From: Utricularia gibba
Lineage: Eukaryota > Plantae > Magnoliophyta
Direction of reading: 5' to 3'
Assembly (NCBI GenBank): GCA_002189035.1
Contig: NEEC01000336.1
Location: 1 to 17,587 of the forward strand
Length of the DNA stretch: 17,587 bases
Part shown: positions 11,050 to 17,587 of the stretch, piece by piece
Numbering within the stretch: the first letter of the stretch is position 1
How the letters are laid out: each line of letters begins with the position of its first letter
Made by a program: the position numbers and the translations under genes
The notes under the pieces: generated by a model
What the model was told of the DNA's origin: nothing
What the model saw: only the letters and a program-made list of their open reading frames with translations
Database searches by the model: none

Positions 11050-11950
11050 AATGAACCTGCGATCAAAACCCATTTACCCCAAAAATGATCATATTCCTCT
11101 TATGTCCTCAGATGGGGTGAGATTAACAATTGTATCAACTTTAGAAATATCAACACGTAAACCATCAATCAAAACAACATGTCCTAACACAATTCCTCAT
11201 CCAACGATGAAATGACATTTTTTAGAGTTAAGCACCAAATCTTTCTCAACACATCTACCCTAGAACTTTGTCCAAATCAGCCAAACATTCATTCAAATTT
11301 GATTCATGCAATGTAAAATCATCCATGAAAACCTCCATGCTCTTATAAATAAATTAGAAAAAATACTTGTTATGCAACATTGAAAAGTAGGTAGAGCATT
11401 ACATAAACCATAAGGCATTCTCATTTAAGCAAATGTACCAAATGGGCAGGTAAATGCCATATTCTCTTGATCCACGGGTGCAATCATTACTTGGTTGTAA
11501 TCTAAATATCCATCAAGAAAATAGTAATATCCCTTGCCACTAAGTTTATTAAGCATTTGATCAATAAAGGGGAGGAGATAGTCGGTCTTTCTCATGACAT
11601 TATTCAATTATCGGTAATCAATCGAAACAATGCATCCATTTTGCACTTGGGTGGTGACTTGTTTCCCTTTAAAGTTTATAATAATTGTGATTCTAGTTTT
11701 CTTCAGCACCACATAAATCAACCTGACCCATTTGTTGTTTAAAATAGAATAAATTATCTCCATCTTCAGCAGCTTTCTACTTCCCTCTTCACAACTTCCA
11801 TAAGGCTAAGATTTAATCTTTTCTGAGCTTGTCAAATTGGCTTAGCATCATGCTCTAGGAGTGTTAGATGCAGGCAGATTGATTGGTAGATTCCTTGGAT
11901 GTCCTCCAGAGCCCAATCAATTGCTTTACTGTGTCTTTTCTGCACCTTAA
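11050..11950 (-). pseudogene. pol: E2 reverse transcriptase remnant
   Basis: IDYR..N.VMRKTDYLLPFIDQMLNKLSG...FLDGY..YNQV.IAP.DQE..AFTCPFGTFA; MEVFMDDF at about 11315-11338; CHFIVG*GIVLGH. Confidence 0.93.
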
Positions 11951-12586
11951 AGAGCTTTTTGTCCTGTTCCTAGGTAAGATATATATTAAAAATAATAGAC
12001 AAACTATTACCTTCTCCCAAGTATATGTATTTCAAGTGCTTGGGAAGCAGTTTCAGTTGTGGTCTTTTCTCATGAGAAACTTTTAAAACTCTCACTTCAT
12101 CTGAAGACTTCTCGATATCCAACTCGGATATCTAAGTTGCTCCTTCATCCACCTCAGCCATGATGATTGGTTCTTCCATCTCCTGGGCATGGGCTTCTTC
12201 GACCAAATCTTCAATGATGTCTCTGTGGTCATTGATAACACTCTCTTCGGCATTTTCTTCTTTCACTATTCTAACTAGATACATGCCAACTTTGGATTCT
12301 CATACTCCAAAAGTCACTAAATTTTCTTCATATCAAAGAGTCATTTTCTCCATTCATACATCTAACATACACATCAGTTGTGACTGAGAATGGCCTTTCT
12401 AGAATAATGATGTCATCTACTTTTGTCAAAGGCATCTTTACCACCACAAAACCAATTGTGTACGTGGTCTTCAACTGCTAGAATTAGTCTCATGTTAGGC
12501 TTCCTCAAGGGTTTGAGTTCAAGAGACTCATAAACATCCAACGACATTATGTAAATCGCTACTTCTTGATCAACAATGGCCCTTGG

Positions 12587-12828
12587 TATAATGATCAACA
12601 CCCACCTTGCATCATATTGTTACCCAACTCTCACAGTTTTATATTTTCGTCACATTTGTCTTGCCTTCCAAGGTGTCACCCATCCTCACTTTACTTTAGG
12701 CCAAGCACGTTTAACTTCAAATTTCTCACCAAGGATCCTTTAACATGCTTCTCATCCTCTCCCTTATCGATAACCGATATGGGATTCACCTATAGTGCTT
12801 CCGCTCTTCTGCAAGATGGGATATCACA
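12587..12828 (-). mobile_element. Cassandra-type TRIM solo LTR (242 bp) with a 5S rRNA-derived core
   Basis: The minus strand starts TGTGATATCCC and ends GATCATTATA (inferred GGTCGTTACA by transitions). It is flanked by CTTGG (12582-12586) and CTCGA (12829-12833), each one transition from CTCGG. Excision restores the protease frame. An internal 52-bp 5S-like block is present. Confidence 0.85.
12665..12716 (-). promoter_or_regulatory. 5S rRNA-derived internal RNA Pol III promoter (A box, intermediate element, C box)
   Basis: AGTTAAACGTGCTTGGCCTAAAGTAAAGTGAGGATGGGTGACACCTTGGAAG vs recalled plant 5S AGTTAAGCGTGCTTGGGCGAGAGTAGTACTAGGATGGGTGACCTCCTGGGAAG, about 41/53 by hand. A box matches 11/12 and C box AGGATGGGTGAC matches 12/12. 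Confidence 0.85.
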
Positions 12829-13049
12829 CTCGAGATTTCCCTTCCTCTAATTTTACTAGAAATAAAAAATGTAAGTACGTCTCCACATTTAGGGGGAAGT
12901 CCCTTGCCAATCAGAGTAGAAATACTCGTATTAATCTTCTTGTCTTCCCTTCCAATGAGAGCACCTTTCAATTTTGAACACAGCTTCATCAAGAGTTTGA
13001 GTTCTCTTAGAACTTTCTTCAAATAATCAACAATCTTCATCACCATAGC

Positions 13050-14639
13050 TGAGTTTAAGGGAGAAATTATTCTCTATACTTCACCTCTCTTTCCATTGTT
13101 CCACAGTCTCTCAAGGAATGGGGGATGAGTCAATTTTATCTTGATTTTCTGTTCTATGAATTGGCATGTAGACTATCCTTGCCACTATCTTCCTCCAGAT
13201 TTTCTTTTTGGCATGTTTTTGGAACGGGTTTTTTGTTGAGCAGACTTGGGGGTAGGACCACTTCTCTTTCGAGCAATTTCTTCTTGCTTCTCAACTCAAT
13301 CACTGAAATATTTACTTGTGGATTCACTAAATTTTGAGAACGTTGCTTTCTTTATTTGTTCTCAATTTCTCCCACTCTAGTTGCCAATTGCCCAACTTTC
13401 TTTTTAGGGTTCTTGATGGCTCCTTGAATTGATTCTTTCTCTTTTTTGCTTTCCTCTTTGTCCTTGTGCATTTCTTCAGCGTATATTTCATCATCTTTTT
13501 CTGAGAGGGTCCTGACTTCACATTTTGATGAGGAGGCTGATATGTTCTAGGCAGCATTGGCTTTTGTTGAAGATTTCCGTAAGTCCATCCATGTGGCTGA
13601 ACTTACTATGCAAGTTGCTTTTGAGGATGAGCGACTTGCTTGTTATTTTGTTGAAGCAAATATTGTTACCATTCCTTCAACTCAAATGCAGATGTTTTAG
13701 AGCATAATGACAAGGTGAGTGCCACCTCCCAAATTTTCCGCATACCCTATAGCATTCACTACCATATTGTCTTCTTTCAAAGGGCATGTTTCTTTTCTAT
13801 GTTCTGGGACAGAACATTCCTCACATGGAATTAGCTTAGACTACGTCATGCATAATTCTCTCATCATGCCTTGCAACTCACTAATCTTCTTATTTTTCTC
13901 ATTCACATTCTCAATGCCTTAGTTCACCTTCCCATATGCCATTGAGCTTCCTCCAAAAAAATTTATCTACTTGTAAAAATTCTTTCTAGAATAGGAGAGT
14001 TGAGAATGTTCCAACATAATTTAGCTTGGAGTGTCCTCATGCTCCCTCCAACAAAGTGTCTAATTAGGTTCTCAAAGGGGGCAATAATCCCTCTAAAAAG
14101 AATTCCACCAAGGTGTGCTTCTGATGCCGTTGATGTCAACAGCTTGCAAGCAATCAATTGAACTTGTTCTAATACTCATGAAGTGGATCACCCATAAACT
14201 GGAAAATATCCGAAATTTTTCTTCTCATCTCTTCAATCATTGTAAATGGAAAATTCTTATTTAAAAACACCTTCTTCTTTTCTGTCTAGCTCTCTATGCT
14301 TCTTGATTCCAAGGTGTTAAACCACTCATTCATATGTACTGCAAGTGTAAATTGAAAAACTCATAACATGTTATCTTCCATCACTTCCTTTGGTCCAACC
14401 ATAGGAAGTGATGCATCTTCTTTCTTTTTTCCGTAGAATTTCAAAAAAAGATTAATTATCCTTGGTTGAAGAACAAATGCAGCAGCTTCCTATGGAAAAT
14501 TGATGCAGATTTTATGGTAAGAATCACGGCAATCATATTCCTGCATAGCTTTCTCCACTCCATTTGCATTCATGATGGATTCACGTGTAGCAACTTTTTT
14601 TTTGGCCATTTCAGTTTTCTTGTGCTGCTTCATATTTCC
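13050..14639 (-). pseudogene. gag: E2 gag remnant
   Basis: ICINFP...LQPRIINLFLKFYG...VFQFTL...WFNTLESRSIES...VFLNKNFP...RKISDIFQ, homologous to E3 Gag. CCHC knuckle CEECSVPEHRKETC at 13784-13825. Multiple stops. Confidence 0.85.
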
Positions 14640-15776
14640 TGATAACACATATTTTTGAATGGCTCAATGCATGGAATTTACTCATTTTGTGCTACAAAAA
14701 TTAAGCTTAATTGCCTGTTTCTATATTTTTGCACATAAGTATCGTAGGAGTGCACTTTTAGTCTTAGTTGGGACTAAATCTGCGATTTAGTCCCAACCTT
14801 CTAAAAGTTCCCTTCGAGCAATGCAGCATAGGTCGCAACACAAACCCCAGCAATCGAGTATGAATAGTGTGGTAGCAGAAAAGGTGACAGAAGTCTGAAA
14901 AAGAGTACACACAAAGTCCAAGGAGGTGAAAAAGGAAGAAAGGTGGGGAGAGAAGGCAGATCTCTCCTTGGAGACTCACGAACACATTTTCAGGGGAGAA
15001 GGTTTTCTGGGAGGAGGAAGAAGGAAGACAAACAGGAACGAAGCTGAAGTTAAGGATTATTTTCTGTCTTCGAAGAATATTACTCCTAGCTAAGAGTAGC
15101 TAGTGACGTTTTTCAGTTTTTGTTGACACTTCACATTACTTGCTTGTTTGCTTTCTGGTATTTGACTGTGAAATGAGCACACTGTGGGTGATGTTTTCTT
15201 TTCCACTTTCGTTTACCTTAAGCATGAGTGGCTAAGTACTTAGGGGGGTGCCTTGGGGTAAAAAGGGGAGAAACATGTTAATCAACCTTTAGATCTAAAC
15301 AGCCATGAGTCACGCCACTTCCTTAACAAACCAGGATAGATCCAGGATGGGGAAGTAGTGAAACCCAACTTAACAACCCTAATTAGAGGTAGACCAAAGA
15401 TTAGGGGGAAAAACAAGAATCCGGGTAGACCTAGATCTTGTGAGTTAGTTGAATGATTTTTGTTTAGTGATGAGCATTCATCCCCTAGGAGTCCCAAGGC
15501 ATCACCTATTCCATTCCAGAAACAACCGAACTCTAGAACTTATTACTTTTCTTTACTGTATTTCATTTTAGTTCTGCCTTAGTCCTAGCTAAGACCAATT
15601 TTACCAACGTGACATTAGTTTCATGCATCAACTTTCACATAGCAAGCACTTGCTCTTCGTGTTCGACACTAATCACTATGCTCATAATTGTATTATGTTT
15701 TAATGTGTATTAGGTTATAAATTTATTTGATAGGAAAATTTGCATTTAACGACATTGCATAATTTTTTGTTTATCA
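14640..15776 (+). repeat. E3 5' LTR (1137 bp)
   Basis: Perfect 6-bp terminal inverted repeat TGATAA...TTATCA, with the PBS 3 nt downstream. Confidence 0.85.
14755..14807. repeat. Perfect 14-bp inverted repeat (3-nt loop) with a 7-bp outer stem in the E3 LTR
   Basis: GTTGGGACTAAATC (14767-14780), TGC loop, GATTTAGTCCCAAC (14784-14797). Outer pair CTTTTAG (14755-14761) and CTAAAAG (14801-14807). Confidence 0.9.
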
Positions 15777-15779
15777 AAT

Positions 15780-15797
15780 TGGCGCCATTGCCGGGGA
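15780..15797 (+). promoter_or_regulatory. Primer binding site, tRNA-Asp(GTC)
   Basis: TGGCGCCATTGCCGGGGA is 17/18 complementary to the recalled plant tRNA-Asp 3' end (TCCCCGGCAACGGCGCCA). tRNA-Asp priming is typical of Athila. Confidence 0.92.
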
Positions 15798-15827
15798 GCG
15801 GTGTTTAATTGTTTTGTGATTCGGTTG

Positions 15828-16975
15828 ATGCATTTGCGTTCTTCTAGTGCAGGTGATCTTGTTTTCCATCCAGAAATCGAGAGAACTATCAGCAAGAACC
15901 GCACAAGAGTGAGAGAAGCAGCAAGGTTGAGCAGACTCCCTGCTGTTGCTCAAACTAATTTCAATATGGCAGAACAGGAGAAGATGTTGAATGAGCTTGA
16001 TGCAGCTAACCACACGTACAGAGGGCTGTGTATTAGGTTCTCTGATGACACAGCCAACGAATTGAAGCAAGCTATGATTAATTTTCTGCCCAAGTATTAT
16101 GGAAAAGTGGGTGAAAACCCACATGAACACCTTGACAACGTGATTGCTGTTTGCACCTCCTTTAAGAGTGCTGGGATGACTGAGGATGCCATCTGTTTGA
16201 GAGCATTCCAATTTACGCTGGAAGGAAGTGCAAAAACGTGGTTCAACTCTTTGAAGCCTAGGAGCATCACAGATTGGAGTGGGATGAAGAAAGTATTTCT
16301 CAGCAAATATTTCCCTGCTTCAAAAGCTGAAGGAATAAGGAAGGAGATCAGTGATATTGAGCAGTCAAATGGTGAATCTTTACATGAATATTGGGAGCGC
16401 TTTAATCAACTGCTAGGCTCCTGTCCACACTACGGATTTCAGACCAATGCATTGGTCAAGTATTTTTATGATGGTCTTCTATGCACGGATAGGGCCATGT
16501 TGGACTCTGCAGCAGGTGGGTTTTTGAGAAAAAAACTCCCATAGAAGCTCTTGCGCTACTTGAGGAGTTGGCTGAGCATTCCAGGCACATAATTAGGAAA
16601 CATGCCTCGAATAGAAGAGTATATGAGCTGGAATGCAAGTCAAAGTCATCAGAAAGTGAGCTAACGAAAAATGTGGCAGCCATGTCTGAGATGATGAAGG
16701 AACTCTTTTTATTCCAAGCTAAGAATATGCCCTGCAGGAACTGCCACAGAATGGGACACATTGCTGATAAATGTCTCGAATTGATGAAGGAAGAACATGT
16801 GAAGACAATGGGATATTTGGAGCCACAAAGGAAGAAATATGATCCCTATTCGAGCACTTACAATCCTGGATGGAGGGATCATCCAAATTTCAGATGGATT
16901 AATAGTGATAATTCTTATACGGGTGAGAGTTCATCAGCTGAACAACAAGGATTTCAGCAAAATTTCCAGGAGCAA
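15828..16975 (+). pseudogene. gag: E3 gag: one frameshift (A7 at 16529-16535), truncated by the E4 insertion
   Basis: ORFs 15801-16544 and 16568-16978 join by a -1 shift. Retrotransposon Gag core (RAFQFTLEGSAKTWFNSL...YWERFNQLLGSCPH), CCHC knuckle CRNCHRMGHIADKC (16733-16774) and YNPGWRDHPNFRW. The terminal TGA is supplied by the inserted LTR end. Confidence 0.9.
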
Positions 16976-17118
16976 TGATAAACGGAAATTCCTAGTGTCG
17001 TTGCTAAAATACAAAATTCGTTATCAAATAAATTTATAGTCCCTAATCCTCACAAAATACATATTAAACTGAAAATGCATAGTGGAATTCGGGGTCGATC
17101 ACAAGGAGCTTGTGCTTG
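16976..17118 (-). repeat. E4: terminal 143 bp (U5 end) of an LTR related to the E3 LTR
   Basis: The minus strand ends GTTTATCA at 16976. It aligns to E3 LTR 15643-15776, including an identical 17-mer TATAAATTTATTTGATA (15716-15732 vs 17022-17038). Candidate TSD AGCAA (16971-16975). Confidence 0.82.
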
Positions 17119-17127
17119 TCTTGTATT

Positions 17128-17446
17128 CCAACGAAAATTTGGATGATCCCTCCAGCCTGGGTTGTAAGTATTAGAATATGGATCATATTTCTTCCTTTGC
17201 TGGGGTTCCAAGTATCCCATAGCCTTGACATGCTCTTCAAATAAATCTGGGCACTTGTCTGCAACATGCCCTGTTCTGTGACAGTTTCCGCATGGCATGT
17301 TCTTAGCCTGGAATAAGAATAGCTCCTTCATCATTTCTGACATAGCAGCAACATTTTTCGTGAGCTCCTTTTCTGAACCTCTGGGCTTGCTCTCCAGTTC
17401 ATACGCTCTCTTGTTTGAGGCTTGCTTCCTGATGATATGCCTCGAA
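17128..17446 (-). pseudogene. gag: E4 gag fragment, an inverted paralog of E3 gag 16571-16897
   Basis: ORF 17050-17475: HSRHIIRKQASNKRAYEL...CGNCHRTGHVADKC...YNPGWRDHPNFRW, about 83% aa identity to E3 by hand. Confidence 0.9.
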
Positions 17447-17587
17447 TGTCCGGCACTGCGTTCGGTCCGGCTCATGAGCCCAACCGGGTGCGAGTCGACG
17501 AAAATAATGATGCATTTGTTTAAAGTAAGATGTCACGTGCACCCCACATGATTTTTTCAACAACTTACTTTATACTTGAGGAGGCGG
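17447..17587. other. E5: unassigned CpG-rich segment, possibly the terminus of another LTR element
   Basis: Gag homology stops here. The sequence begins TGTCCGGC and is visibly richer in CpG than the rest of the window. Confidence 0.3.

Larger units (their letters stand above)
12400..12910 (-). pseudogene. pol: E2 aspartic protease remnant, interrupted by a 242-bp insert
   Basis: LPPKCGDVLTFFISSKIRGREI | PRAIVDQEVAIYIMSLDVYESLELKPL corresponds to the Athila LPPK.KDPG.FTIPC.IG...RAM.DLGASIN.MP region. The frame rejoins exactly once the insert and one TSD copy are removed. Confidence 0.85.
7089..14639 (-). mobile_element. E2: degenerate Athila-clade Ty3/gypsy element (gag-PR-RT-RH-INT-3' LTR); 5' end displaced by the E3 insertion
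   Basis: Domain order on the minus strand, RT motif EVFMDDF, PPT-like motifs and an LTR. Confidence 0.88.
14640..16975 (+). mobile_element. E3: comparatively young Athila-clade element (5' LTR, PBS, gag) nested in E2
   Basis: Clean LTR termini, near-perfect PBS and near-intact gag. It starts abruptly inside the 5' end of E2 gag. Candidate TSD TTTCC (14635-14639). Confidence 0.88.

Noticed and set aside
12665-12716. A functional 5S rRNA gene
   Set aside because: Only the internal promoter block matches. The 5S 5' and 3' ends and an oligo-T terminator are not evident, and the flanks are LTR-like with a TSD.
15774-16761. Minus-strand ORFs (15774-16211, 16097-16306, 16456-16761) as antisense genes
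   Set aside because: They are shadow frames of the near-intact gag with no recognisable motifs.
17454-17458. CACTG as a CACTA transposon terminus
   Set aside because: A 5-mer is expected by chance, and no subterminal repeats or partner end are visible.
1-17587. A replication-competent element or a wholly novel system
   Set aside because: Both pol regions are riddled with stops and deletions, E3 has no pol in the window, and almost all sequence is explained by known LTR-retrotransposon biology.

Overview
A plant, pericentromere-style nest of LTR retrotransposons. I found no host gene and no bona fide RNA gene. I resolve the following pieces, labelled E0-E5 here. E0 (1-494, -): start of an Athila-like LTR inserted into the RT of E1. 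E1 (495-5867, +): decayed Athila-clade Ty3/gypsy 3' half with RT end, RNase H, integrase, an extra ORF2 ('env-like' position), two PPT-like motifs and an LTR that is itself followed by a decayed tRNA-Asp PBS. An unclassified minus-strand remnant (about 6000-7088). E2 (7089-14639, -): decayed Athila-clade element with gag-PR-RT-RH-INT and a 3' LTR. Its protease is split by a 242-bp Cassandra-type solo LTR carrying a 5S rRNA-derived Pol III promoter core (12587-12828). E3 (14640-16975, +): a much better preserved element inserted at the start of E2 gag, with a TGATAA...TTATCA LTR, a tRNA-Asp PBS and a gag broken only by one frameshift in an A run. E4 (16976-about 17446, -): an internally deleted relative inserted into E3 gag, creating an inverted gag repeat of about 327 bp. 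E5 (17447-17587): an unassigned CpG-rich tail, possibly another LTR terminus. I see no convincing evidence of a wholly new biological system. The most notable items are the 5S-bearing solo LTR, the sense/antisense gag hairpin, the PPT-LTR-PBS arrangement and a U5 motif that could pair with the primer tRNA T-arm. All alignments and counts were done by eye, and reference 5S/tRNA/family motifs are recalled from memory.
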